Shown in pieces: positions 9,962 to 18,525 of a DNA stretch of 64,000 nucleotides. Numbering within the stretch: position 1 is the stretch's first letter; each line of letters opens with the position of its first letter. The DNA comes from Planctomycetota bacterium (GTDB lineage Bacteria > Planctomycetota > UBA1135 > JACQFD01): positions 76,228 through 140,227 of the forward strand of contig JAEUHX010000058.1 of the NCBI GenBank assembly GCA_016792805.1, read 5' to 3'. The notes beneath the pieces are model-generated. The model saw only the letters and a list, made by a program, of their open reading frames with translations, was not told where the DNA came from and did no database searches. The position numbers and the translations under genes were made by a program.

Positions 9962-10669
9962 ATGCTCTACGACCCGAGAACGATCGCGTTCGTGACCGAG
10001 GCCTACTTCCCGCCCATGCAGCAGGACGGGCTTCGGGTTCAGCAGGTGCACCACGAACTCTTCGGAAGCACCCGCGCCGGCTATCGCAACTTCAACCTCG
10101 TGGCGGGCGGAGCGATGCTTTCGAATCCGCACATCAACGGTGCGGCGAATTCCTCGGTGACGGTGCTGCAGGACCGGGTGCGCATCGCGGAGGAGCTGAC
10201 AGACACCTCCCTGGACGATTTCTTGGCGCGTCAGGAGATCGTGCTCCGTTTGCTGGCCCAGAAGCTCGAAATCCCCGTATTTGTGGCGTGCCAGGTGGCG
10301 ATCCGATCTCTGGTGAGTTCGAGGCAGTACCGCGACGCGCGGGAGTTCCTCGCACGCGGCGTCCTGCGATTCGGCGACGACGGGCTCGCTCCTTTCGGCC
10401 GGGCGCCCCACACTCTCGGGCTGCGATTTGTGTTTCCGCAATCGGCGGACGAGCGGAATGTATATCAAGTAAGGATCGAGTCGTACACCGGCGACGTGCG
10501 GTCGGTTTTTCTTGAAAATGTGGGGATGTTTCCCGGCGTCGTGCTCGCGGGCGACGTGGAGAAGCTCGGGGAGCCGGTGCGGCAAACTTACAATTTTCTG
10601 ACGGAGCGCGTGCTGGAGTTCTTGGCCCGCTTCGATCAGCGGACGTCGATCGACGGGCTCGAGCGGTGA
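9962..10669 (+). CDS. Conserved hypothetical protein (235 aa)
   Basis: This is the C-terminal part of track ORF 7832..10669; the upstream part of that ORF is antisense to the chaperone gene. Balanced composition begins at MLYDPRTIAFVTEAYFPPMQQDG (ATG at 9962). Confidence 0.65.
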   Translation: MLYDPRTIAFVTEAYFPPMQQDGLRVQQVHHELFGSTRAGYRNFNLVAGGAMLSNPHINGAANSSVTVLQDRVRIAEELTDTSLDDFLARQEIVLRLLAQKLEIPVFVACQVAIRSLVSSRQYRDAREFLARGVLRFGDDGLAPFGRAPHTLGLRFVFPQSADERNVYQVRIESYTGDVRSVFLENVGMFPGVVLAGDVEKLGEPVRQTYNFLTERVLEFLARFDQRTSIDGLER

Positions 10670-11394
10670 CACGGCTCCGCGGAGTGATGGCCATCGCGGC
10701 CGCGGGGGCAGCTCTCTGGAGCGCGGGCTGCGGCGATGGCGGCGCGCCGGCTGCGGCGCTTCCCGCGGATGCAATTCTTGAGATCGACGGTGCGGTGGTC
10801 ACGGAGCGCGACGTCGAGGAAGTGTTGCCTTCGCTCATGGCGTGGCATCCCGAGCGCGGTGAGGAGTCGGTGCGCAGCGAGATCCTGACGGCGGCGGCGA
10901 TCCCGCGCGCCTTTGCCCGGCATGATTTTCCCCAGGGCGTCGCGCGCGCGCGGGAGCGCGCGGCAGTCGCCATGTCGATGCTGCGCGCGAAGCAGCCGTT
11001 CGAGGATGTGCAGAAGGCCATGTCGGAGGCGCCGATTCCGGACACGATGGTGAAGGCGTCCCGGCGCGTGATGGACGCGTACCTCGGAGCGGCCGTGTTC
11101 GGACACCCGGCTGGAACGGTGACGGAGCCCGTGGAGACGACCTATGGGGTCGTGATTGCCCGCGTCGAACTCCCGCTTCCCGAGGCTTCCCCGCAGCAGG
11201 ACGGCGTGATCCTGAGCGCGATCGAATTTTTGTATGATCCGTCGCTTGCCGACGCCGACCTCCGCGTGCCCATGTTTCAGGAGCGGATGCTGCGCTCGAA
11301 GATTTTCGTGATCGATCCGCGCGCCAGCCGGTGGATCGCGCCGGTGCTGCAGTCGCGGATTGCGGGCGGTTCCGGCGGAAAGAGTTCGAAATAA
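10666..11394 (+). CDS. Lipoprotein, parvulin/SurA-like
   Basis: Lipobox AALWSAGC. The segment GHPAGTVTEPVETTYGVVIARVE resembles the end of a parvulin domain. The start overlaps the upstream stop codon (GTGA). Confidence 0.65.
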   Translation: MTRLRGVMAIAAAGAALWSAGCGDGGAPAAALPADAILEIDGAVVTERDVEEVLPSLMAWHPERGEESVRSEILTAAAIPRAFARHDFPQGVARARERAAVAMSMLRAKQPFEDVQKAMSEAPIPDTMVKASRRVMDAYLGAAVFGHPAGTVTEPVETTYGVVIARVELPLPEASPQQDGVILSAIEFLYDPSLADADLRVPMFQERMLRSKIFVIDPRASRWIAPVLQSRIAGGSGGKSSK

Positions 11395-11422
11395 CTTTTA
11401 AAAAATATCAAATCCCAACTCC

Positions 11423-12274
11423 ATGGCCGCAGTCTCGATCTCGCTGCTTTGCGTTCTCGCCGCCGTCCAGGCTCCCGCCGCGTCGAAGCCGGCCGCGGCG
11501 GCGTGGCCGAAGCTCGACGGCAACCGGATGAAAGAATTCGGGCTCGCGCTCGATTCGTTGAAGCGGACGCTCACGCCCGAGGGCGTCGAAGAGATGGCGA
11601 CGAAAGTGGCGAGCTTCGGGAAGGGCGGCGTACCGCTTCTGTATGAATCGCTCTCGAGGCAGAAGTCGGTTCCCGAGGAGGACGAGCCGGAGGACGTGAA
11701 GCGCGTGAAGCGAGCCCTCGATCGGATCGTCACGAAAGAGGATGTTCCGCGCCTCTCGGGCGACGTGGTGCACAAATCGGCCTTTGTGCGGCGCTTCGCG
11801 CTGCGCAAGCTCGCCGAGTATCAAGACCCTGGCGCGCTCGCTGCGGCGCGCAAGGCGCTGACCGACCACGACGAGGAAGCGCGGTTCGAGGCGACGCTCA
11901 CCTGCTTCGCGCTCGGGTCGATCGATGGAATGCCGGTGATGATCGAGGCGGCGCGCGATCGCTGGCCCAAGGTCGGCGTGAGGATTCGGGCGGCCCTCGA
12001 GAAGCACCGCTCCGACGAAGCGACCGACAGACTGCTGCCGCTGCTGTCGTCAAAGGAGTGGCAGGAGGTGTGCGCAGGGCTGCGGCTTCTGGCGGGAATA
12101 GGCACAAAAAAGAGCATCTTTGCGGTGTCGAAGCACCTCGACTCCACGGACAACCGCATTAAAGAAAATGCTATCAATGCTCTGCGTGGCATCGTCGACA
12201 ATGAGAAGCCGATCGAAAAGCTCTCCGCGTTCGATCTCGCCGAGCAGGCCAATGCGTGGAAAAAGAAACTATGA
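11423..12274 (+). CDS. Secreted HEAT-repeat protein
   Basis: Signal peptide MAAVSISLLCVLAAVQAPAAS. Repeated HEAT-like helices (VRRFALRKLAEYQDPGALAAARKALTDHDEEARFEA...; WQEVCAGLRLLAGIGTKKS...NRIKENAINALRG). Confidence 0.75.
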   Translation: MAAVSISLLCVLAAVQAPAASKPAAAAWPKLDGNRMKEFGLALDSLKRTLTPEGVEEMATKVASFGKGGVPLLYESLSRQKSVPEEDEPEDVKRVKRALDRIVTKEDVPRLSGDVVHKSAFVRRFALRKLAEYQDPGALAAARKALTDHDEEARFEATLTCFALGSIDGMPVMIEAARDRWPKVGVRIRAALEKHRSDEATDRLLPLLSSKEWQEVCAGLRLLAGIGTKKSIFAVSKHLDSTDNRIKENAINALRGIVDNEKPIEKLSAFDLAEQANAWKKKL

Positions 12275-13563
12275 GGCTCGACGTGACGACGCAACGGTCC
12301 CTGTATCCATCGCCCCGGAGGCGATGGTCCTTGCCGCGCTGGATTCTCTTGGCGGCGATGGCGACGGTGGGCGCACTGGCGGCCACGGCCGGCGACGCGG
12401 CGGCGAGCGCGCCGACGGCGGCATCGGCAGCGGAGCCCCAAGGGAAGAAGGGCGAGCCGGTCTGTCCGTATTGTAAGAATGACGAGAAGGTGCTGGAGGG
12501 AGCCGCACTCAAAGGGCACGGGAAGATGCCCTTCGGTAAGAACAATTCCGATGAGATCAAGAGATTTCTGAGCTACACGAATCCGCTGTTCATCGAGTCG
12601 AAGCACTTCCGGATCGGCTCTCTGCTGGAGTCGTACACGATCCCGGAGTCCGACTGGAAGGCTTACGCCGCGGAGTTCGCCGAGCTGCGCAAGGTGCTCC
12701 CGGCGGTGCCGGCGAAGCCGAAAGTCCTCGACCCGTGGCTTCGGCTTCATCTGTATGCCTTGCGCTGCGAGAAGCGATACGAGCGGTTCTTGAAAATCAT
12801 TCAGCGCAAGGAAGAAGATTTCCCCGACAAGCGCATCTTCGGCGCGCCCTACATGGGCGAGGGGCGCTACCTCGGGATGCAGGATAAGTACGAGGTGTTC
12901 CTGCACAAGGATCTGCGCACTTTCACGGATCTGCTCCGCGAGCACTCGGGAAGCACGACAAAGAAGACGAAGCGCGAGCACTACGTCGAGCGCGGCGCGC
13001 TCGGAGTTCACATCCCGATGACCGACGAGGTGCGCGCCGACCTCGACCTCTACGCGCACCTGACGCACAACCTCGGCCACCTGTTCCACGTGGGGTACAA
13101 GCATTACACCTACGAGCCGCCGAAGTGGCTCGAGGAGGGCTTCGCCCATGTGTTCGAAAAGGAGGTGAACCCCGAGTACAACTCCTTCGACAGCGAGGAG
13201 GCGGCGACGGCCGACATGTACGAGGGCGATGATTGGTATGGCGCGGTTGTGAAGGTGATCGACCGTGGAAGGGCGGCGCCGCTGGCCGATCTCGTGCACC
13301 GCAGCAGCTTCTCGTCCTTCGGCAAGGAGGACCACCTGATCATCTGGTCGAAGGTGGAGTTCCTGATGTCGAAGCCCGACTTGATGGCAAAGCTCTTCGA
13401 CTCGCTCGCCGGAAGACTCAATAAAGAGGGGTTCGGCGACGGGTCGAATCTCCAGGGCGTTCAGCGCGATTTCTTCAAGAAGGAGGCGGGCTGGACGTTC
13501 GAGGAGTTCGATCGCGAGTGGGAAAAGTACGTTCGCAAGACGTACATCACGAAGAAGCCGTAA
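12271..13563 (+). CDS. Secreted DUF1570/peptidase-MA-like protein with an HNLGH-x18-E motif (catalytic Glu replaced by Asn)
   Basis: The ATG at 12271 overlaps the upstream TGA (ATGA); the track start is 12256. Signal-like segment WILLAAMATVGALAATAG, CPYCKND motif, and THNLGHLFHVGYKHYTYEPPKWLEEGFAH at 13066-13149. Paralog of the next gene. Confidence 0.8.
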   Translation: MRLDVTTQRSLYPSPRRRWSLPRWILLAAMATVGALAATAGDAAASAPTAASAAEPQGKKGEPVCPYCKNDEKVLEGAALKGHGKMPFGKNNSDEIKRFLSYTNPLFIESKHFRIGSLLESYTIPESDWKAYAAEFAELRKVLPAVPAKPKVLDPWLRLHLYALRCEKRYERFLKIIQRKEEDFPDKRIFGAPYMGEGRYLGMQDKYEVFLHKDLRTFTDLLREHSGSTTKKTKREHYVERGALGVHIPMTDEVRADLDLYAHLTHNLGHLFHVGYKHYTYEPPKWLEEGFAHVFEKEVNPEYNSFDSEEAATADMYEGDDWYGAVVKVIDRGRAAPLADLVHRSSFSSFGKEDHLIIWSKVEFLMSKPDLMAKLFDSLAGRLNKEGFGDGSNLQGVQRDFFKKEAGWTFEEFDREWEKYVRKTYITKKP

Positions 13564-13599
13564 CAGGACCAGGCCGCCACGATTCCCGGAGCTCCCCGC

Positions 13600-14784
13600 G
13601 TGCGCACACTCCTCGCTGCGGTTCTGTTGGCCTCCAGCGCGATAGCACAGAAGTCCGCCAAGGAGGAAATTTGCCCCTGGTGCAAGAACGACGTCAAGAT
13701 TCTTGCGGCCGCCGGCTGCGTGAGTCACGGCCCGATGCAGATCGGGAAGAAGGGATCCTCGGAGCATTCCCACGATTACCCGGGGAAGCCCTGGATCTAT
13801 CTCGAAACTGCACATTTTCGATGGGCAACGAGCATGGGCTCGGAGCCGGTGTCGCTGAAGGACCGGCCGCGCGTGGAGGCGGAGCTGGCGCGCCTGCGCA
13901 AGGCGATGCCGTCGATCCCGACGCGCGTCGCGACTTTGGATCCGCACCTTCGACTGCATCTCACGGCGATGAAGGCGGAGGAATTGTACACTCGATTCCA
14001 GGCGATCCTGGCGGTGCAGGATGGCGACTTCCCCGATTCGCGCCAGCCGACCGGACCGTACATGGGCGATGGACGCTTTCTGGGGGAGAAAGAGAAGTTC
14101 GAAGTGGTGCTCCACTCGAACCGCAAGACTCACCATATGTTTACGAAGGAGCAGATGGGCGTGCTGGTGACGGACGCCCTTCGGTGGCATTTCCCAAAGA
14201 TTCACAAGATGTGCGCGTCGCTCCCGGCTGAGGACGGCGACCTTCGGCAGGACACATTTCTGTTTCCGCACATCGCGCATTGCACGGCGCACCTGCTCTT
14301 TTGTGCGTACAAGCATTTCTCGTTTGATCCGCCGATCTGGCTCGACGAGGGTTTGGCCCATGCACTGGAGTTCGAGGCCGGCAAAGATTTTAATGTAACT
14401 TACTGCTCCGAGGAGGGCGCTGCACCCGACCGCGAGTCGTCGGGCAATTGGGCAGGCAAGGCGAAGGAGCTGCTGGAGAAGGGCAAGGCGACGTCGTTGG
14501 CAGAACTAATGCATCGGAAGACCTTCGGCGAGCTGACGAAGGAAGATCACGTCACGGCGTGGAGCAAGGTGCGCTTTCTGTTGGATACGCGGGCGGTGGA
14601 GACGGCCAAGTTCCTCGGGCTGATCAAGGGGCAGTTGGATGAGCAAGGCTATCCGTCGAACAAGGATCTCCCGGGGCTGCAGCGCCGCAGCCTGAAGGAA
14701 TGCTACTCTTGGACGCCGGAGCAGTTCGACGACGCCTGGGCCGCATGGGTGAAAAAGCCCCCGGCGACGGAACCCAAGAAGTAA
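13600..14784 (+). CDS. Secreted DUF1570/peptidase-MA-like paralog with an HCTAH-x18-E motif (catalytic Glu replaced by Cys)
   Basis: Signal peptide MRTLLAAVLLASSAIAQ, CPWCKND motif, and IAHCTAHLLFCAYKHFSFDPPIWLDEGLAH at 14278-14361. Confidence 0.8.
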   Translation: MRTLLAAVLLASSAIAQKSAKEEICPWCKNDVKILAAAGCVSHGPMQIGKKGSSEHSHDYPGKPWIYLETAHFRWATSMGSEPVSLKDRPRVEAELARLRKAMPSIPTRVATLDPHLRLHLTAMKAEELYTRFQAILAVQDGDFPDSRQPTGPYMGDGRFLGEKEKFEVVLHSNRKTHHMFTKEQMGVLVTDALRWHFPKIHKMCASLPAEDGDLRQDTFLFPHIAHCTAHLLFCAYKHFSFDPPIWLDEGLAHALEFEAGKDFNVTYCSEEGAAPDRESSGNWAGKAKELLEKGKATSLAELMHRKTFGELTKEDHVTAWSKVRFLLDTRAVETAKFLGLIKGQLDEQGYPSNKDLPGLQRRSLKECYSWTPEQFDDAWAAWVKKPPATEPKK

Positions 14785-14810
14785 GCTTGGCGCGGCAGCG
14801 GACAGTCCAA

Positions 14811-14969
14811 GAGGCCATTCCAGGATTCCTCCGACCTGCGCGCGGGCCTCGGCGCCCAGCGCGGCGTTGCGCGTCCTCGGCGTAGCTTCTCGCTACGCCT
14901 GCGGCGCGCGCCTTGCTCTGAGCGCCGATTCCTCGCGCTCGCTTTGCGGAGGAATCCTGTCATGGCCTC
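14811..14969. repeat. 159-nt element bounded by 23-nt imperfect terminal inverted repeats (MITE-like or structured RNA)
   Basis: The left arm gaggccatTCcaggattcctccg (14811-14833) pairs with cggaggaatcctgTCatggcctc (14947-14969), 21 of 23 bp. An internal hairpin ggcgtagc-ttctc-gctacgcc lies at about 14879-14899. Confidence 0.6.
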
Positions 14970-14993
14970 CCGACGCTCGGCGGCCCAATGGCT

Positions 14994-15036
14994 GCGCAAA
15001 ATCCGACCGGCGCTTCGCGCCAGTCGGATTTTGCGC
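14994..15036. repeat. Strong palindromic hairpin (14-bp perfect stem plus a 5-bp inner stem)
   Basis: gcgcaaaatccgac (14994-15007) pairs with gtcggattttgcgc (15023-15036). The loop contains ggcgc-ttc-gcgcc. The hairpin is followed by catggcctc, the same 9-mer that ends the preceding element. Confidence 0.7.
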
Positions 15037-15310
15037 GCGCCATGGCCTCGCGTCTGCGGAACTCGCCGCGCCAAGACCGACCCACGCCCCATTCCTAGCC
15101 GTCACTTATTTGTGAAGACCTGGGGAGCTCGAAGCTGGAAAGGCTGCCGTGCGACCCGAGACGGGCTCGAAGTTGTAAAGAGCGCTGTGGGGCGCGTGCG
15201 CGCGCGGATAATTATAATGAACGCTGGGGAGCCCACGCGGGCTCGCTCAATTATACTGGATGCCGTGGGGCGCGGGCGTCGCCCGCGCCGATCTCGCGCG
15301 CACGCGCGCT

Positions 15311-16066
15311 CTACGATGCAAATCCGCCGGAACCTTTCAGAAGCCAATTATTCCCAGGGCTCCACGCAATAAATCGGTACAGCGGGGCGAGCTTGCGCAT
15401 GCCTTCGACAAGGGTGCCGAGGAACTCCGCGCTAGTCGAAGCGGGGTCCGCCTTCGGGATGGCGCGGTAGCAGCGCAGCTGGTGTTTTCCCGGCTGGAAA
15501 TACTTCAACACTTCCTCGACGCCGTCGCGGCTTATCGACTCCGTCGGGTAGCGCTTTTCCCAATCATGGATTCTCAATAAGAACCCAGGGGCGCTTCGCA
15601 GCAGCTCGACCAACGCGCGCCGCTCAGGGTCGCTCTTGCCGCACCGATTCGTAAGGTTCTGTGCGTCGTACCATGCCTCCACGCCAACGCGCAGCCCGAC
15701 GGTGATGCCCTCGTCATCGATGGATGCGAAGAGCGCCGCGTTGGCGTGTCCGGGGTCGACGTCCTTCCCGAGATCGGGACCGACGGCGCGTGCGAACTCT
15801 TTGCGGGCCTTCGCGTCGCGGAAAAGTGAGGTCCACTGGGCCACAACACGGAAGTGATTCACGGAAAACGGATGGTGCAGGCTCTCACGCCGCTCGAACC
15901 CGAGCCCCTCCTCCGCCAGCGCTGCCTTCGCCGCCTCGCCGATCGCCTGCAGCCGCTGCCGCACGACGAGGCGCTTCGGATTCAGCGTCTCATCGGAGCG
16001 GTTCTGCGGCTCGTAGAGGCGGAAATCCTCGGGGCGAAACGGAGAAAACTGCGGAGACGCGGGCAT
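15311..16066 (-). CDS. Conserved hypothetical protein
   Basis: Track ORF 15311..16102. I prefer the internal ATG at 16066 (MPASPQFSPFRPEDFRLYEPQ) because it avoids overlap with the divergent rluA-like gene. Composition is balanced. Confidence 0.65.
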   Translation of the reverse strand: MPASPQFSPFRPEDFRLYEPQNRSDETLNPKRLVVRQRLQAIGEAAKAALAEEGLGFERRESLHHPFSVNHFRVVAQWTSLFRDAKARKEFARAVGPDLGKDVDPGHANAALFASIDDEGITVGLRVGVEAWYDAQNLTNRCGKSDPERRALVELLRSAPGFLLRIHDWEKRYPTESISRDGVEEVLKYFQPGKHQLRCYRAIPKADPASTSAEFLGTLVEGMRKLAPLYRFIAWSPGNNWLLKGSGGFAS

Positions 16067-16088
16067 CGCGCGGCAGCATACGGACCTC

Positions 16089-16997
16089 GTGCCTGAACAC
16101 ACCGTCCCCGCGGACCTCGACGGCGCTCGCCCCGAAGCGATCCTGCGTCATTTCCAACCGGAACTCTCGCGGCGCGATGCGCGTCGACTCGTCGATTTCG
16201 GAGCCGTCGCGCGCGGCGCCGACGACGACGCCCGTATCGCGCTTCCCCTCGAGCGCCTTCGCACCGGCGAACCGGTCTCCTGGGAGAATTCACTTTTCTC
16301 ACTCACGCTCGCGCTGCGGCTCCCCGTTTTGTGGGGAGATTCCAACGCGCTCGTCGTCTCGAAGCCGCCGGGGCTTGCCTGCCATAGCGGTCCGCTCGTC
16401 GACGACCATGTCGCGGCGCGCCTCACGGCGCTCGATCCGGGCGCCGGGCTCGCCCATCGCCTCGATCGCTCCACGTCCGGGGCGCTGCTCATCGGGCGAA
16501 ACGCGGCCGCGCTGCGCGCGCTCGCGGAAGCCCACGGCGAGAGCGGGCGCACTTACTGGGCGATCGCCACGGGAGAGCCGCCGGAGGAAGCCGTGCTCAC
16601 TTTTCCGCTCCGCGTGACCGACGAGCCGATGGGTGACCGCCCAAAGGTCGTCGTCGGCGAAGCGGGCGGCCAGCCCGCCACCACGCGCGTCCGCGTGCTC
16701 GCGCGGCTGCGACGCGCGGCGCTGGTCGAGCTCCGCCTCGAAACCGGCCGCACGCACCAGATTCGCGCCCATCTGCGCGCGCTCGGAACCCCACTCCTCG
16801 GCGATCCGCGCTACGGCGACGCCGAGGCCAATACCCGCGCCCGCGCGACCTTCGGTGTTCGACGTCCGATGCTTCACGCGGTCCGTATCCGGTTCCGACC
16901 GCCGGAGGCCCCCGCCGAAGTCGAGATTCGGGCGCCTCTTGCGGCGGACTTCGCGTCGGCGCTCTCCGCCCTCCGTGGGCGCGCCGACGGCCGATAG
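16089..16997 (+). CDS. RluA-family pseudouridine synthase
   Basis: LVVSKPPGLACH, catalytic motif HRLDRSTSGALLIG, and GRTHQIRAHLRALGTPLLGDPRYG. Confidence 0.85.
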   Translation: MPEHTVPADLDGARPEAILRHFQPELSRRDARRLVDFGAVARGADDDARIALPLERLRTGEPVSWENSLFSLTLALRLPVLWGDSNALVVSKPPGLACHSGPLVDDHVAARLTALDPGAGLAHRLDRSTSGALLIGRNAAALRALAEAHGESGRTYWAIATGEPPEEAVLTFPLRVTDEPMGDRPKVVVGEAGGQPATTRVRVLARLRRAALVELRLETGRTHQIRAHLRALGTPLLGDPRYGDAEANTRARATFGVRRPMLHAVRIRFRPPEAPAEVEIRAPLAADFASALSALRGRADGR

Positions 16998-17016
16998 CCG
17001 CGCCGTCGACGGCTGC

Positions 17017-17048
17017 GAGAACGTTTCAAAAGTCATCCGAGCTGCGCG
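17017..17048 (+). promoter_or_regulatory. Conserved 32-nt motif, copy 1 (possible ECF-type promoter or operator)
   Basis: gagaacgtttcaaaagtcatccgagctgcgcg lies about 150 nt upstream of the FAD-oxidoreductase gene. A 30/32-identical copy is at 45385-45416 on the minus strand. Confidence 0.35.
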
Positions 17049-17196
17049 AGGAATCGTCGCGCTCGCTCTGCGGAGCACTTTTGAGACGTCCTCCTGCCGG
17101 GCACCCCGCCAGGGCGCCATCTTGCCAAGCGATTGTCCAGGTTCTATTCTGCACACTCCTTGGTGCGGCCCTCCCGTTTCGGGGCCGCCTGGTTCC

Positions 17197-18525
17197 ATGC
17201 TCCACCGTTCCGTCGGCGCTCTGGCGCCGAGCCGTCCTCAGCGCCCCACGGTTGCCGTGGTCGGCGCGGGTATCGCGGGCCTTGGCTGTGCCCGAGCCCT
17301 CGCGCGCGAATTTCACGTCGAGGTCTTCGAGGCGCTGCCGCGTGCCGGCGGGCATGCGAATACGGTCGACGTGCCGACGGCCTCGGGGCCGCTCCCAATC
17401 GACACAGGATTCATCGTCTATAACGAGCGCAATTATCCGCGGCTCACGCGCCTGTTCGGCGAGCTCGGAGTGAAGACAACAGAAACATGCATGTCTTTCT
17501 CCAGCGCCTGCGAGGCGTGCCGCTTCGAACTCGGAAGCAACCGCCTGAGCTCACTTTTTCCTTCTGTTGGCGCTTGGCTTGAGCCGTCGCGCTGGCGCCT
17601 TCTGGCGGGATTGATGCGTTTCTTCCGAGTTGCCAAGGCCGACCTCGCGGCCGGCACCGACCTCAGCGCGGTCACCATCGGCGAGTATTTGCGCGAACAT
17701 CATATTTCGGAACTCGCCGCTCGTCACTTCGTCCTGCCGATGGGCGCAGCCGTCTGGTCGATGTCGGCTGAACGGATGCTCGATTTCCCAGCCGAGAGCT
17801 TCCTGCGTTTTTTTGATAATCACGGAATGCTCGGCGTCCGCGAGGCTCCGCAGTGGCGCACGGTAGTCGGCGGAAGCCGCAATTATGTTGCAAAGCTCAT
17901 CGAGAGCTCCGGGTTCAGCATGCACCTGTCTGCGCCGATCGCACGCATCCTGCGGCGCTCCGACGGCGTACACCTCGAGACGGCCGCAGGCGAGAAGCAC
18001 CTATTCGACAGCGTCGTCCTCGCGACGCACGCGCCGACGACGCTGCGTATGCTGGGCGATGCAACCGAAGAGGAGCGAGCCATCCTTGGGAGTGTCGGCG
18101 TGACTCGAAACGAGGCATACCTACACTCGGACTCCTCCCGCATGCCGCGAGCGAGGGCAGCGTGGGCGTCGTGGAACCATCGCGTCGAGAGTTGCACAAA
18201 CGCGGGCGCCGAGGTCGAGGTGACCTACTGGATGACCCGGCTGCAGCCGCTGCCGAGTAGGCCCGACTATTTTGTGACACTCAATCCTACGAGCGAGATC
18301 GCCGAATCGAGCCTGATCCAACAAATCACCTATGCGCACCCGCGGTTCGACCTCCCAGCGCTGAAGGCACAGAAACGGCTGCCGGAGATCCAAGGGACGC
18401 GCCGAACGTGGTTCTGCGGCGCCTGGACGAGCTTTGGCTTCCACGAGGACGGGCTGCGCTCGGGAGAGCTCGTCGCAGAGCAGGTTCGCGAATCGCTCCG
18501 CGCCGGCGTCGAGGTGGCCGCGTGA
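17197..18525 (+). CDS. FAD-dependent oxidoreductase (amine-oxidase/phytoene-desaturase-like; UfaD-like)
   Basis: Internal ATG at 17197 of track ORF 16633..18525. Dinucleotide-binding motif VAVVGAGIAGLGCARALA...VFEALPRAGGH. Confidence 0.85.
   Translation: MLHRSVGALAPSRPQRPTVAVVGAGIAGLGCARALAREFHVEVFEALPRAGGHANTVDVPTASGPLPIDTGFIVYNERNYPRLTRLFGELGVKTTETCMSFSSACEACRFELGSNRLSSLFPSVGAWLEPSRWRLLAGLMRFFRVAKADLAAGTDLSAVTIGEYLREHHISELAARHFVLPMGAAVWSMSAERMLDFPAESFLRFFDNHGMLGVREAPQWRTVVGGSRNYVAKLIESSGFSMHLSAPIARILRRSDGVHLETAAGEKHLFDSVVLATHAPTTLRMLGDATEEERAILGSVGVTRNEAYLHSDSSRMPRARAAWASWNHRVESCTNAGAEVEVTYWMTRLQPLPSRPDYFVTLNPTSEIAESSLIQQITYAHPRFDLPALKAQKRLPEIQGTRRTWFCGAWTSFGFHEDGLRSGELVAEQVRESLRAGVEVAA

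Noticed and set aside
16066-16102. An apparent head-to-head overlap of the divergent genes at 15311..16102 (-) and 16089..16997 (+).
   Set aside because: It is resolved by using the internal ATG at 16066 for the minus-strand gene. This is most likely a start-codon annotation issue rather than a biological overlap.
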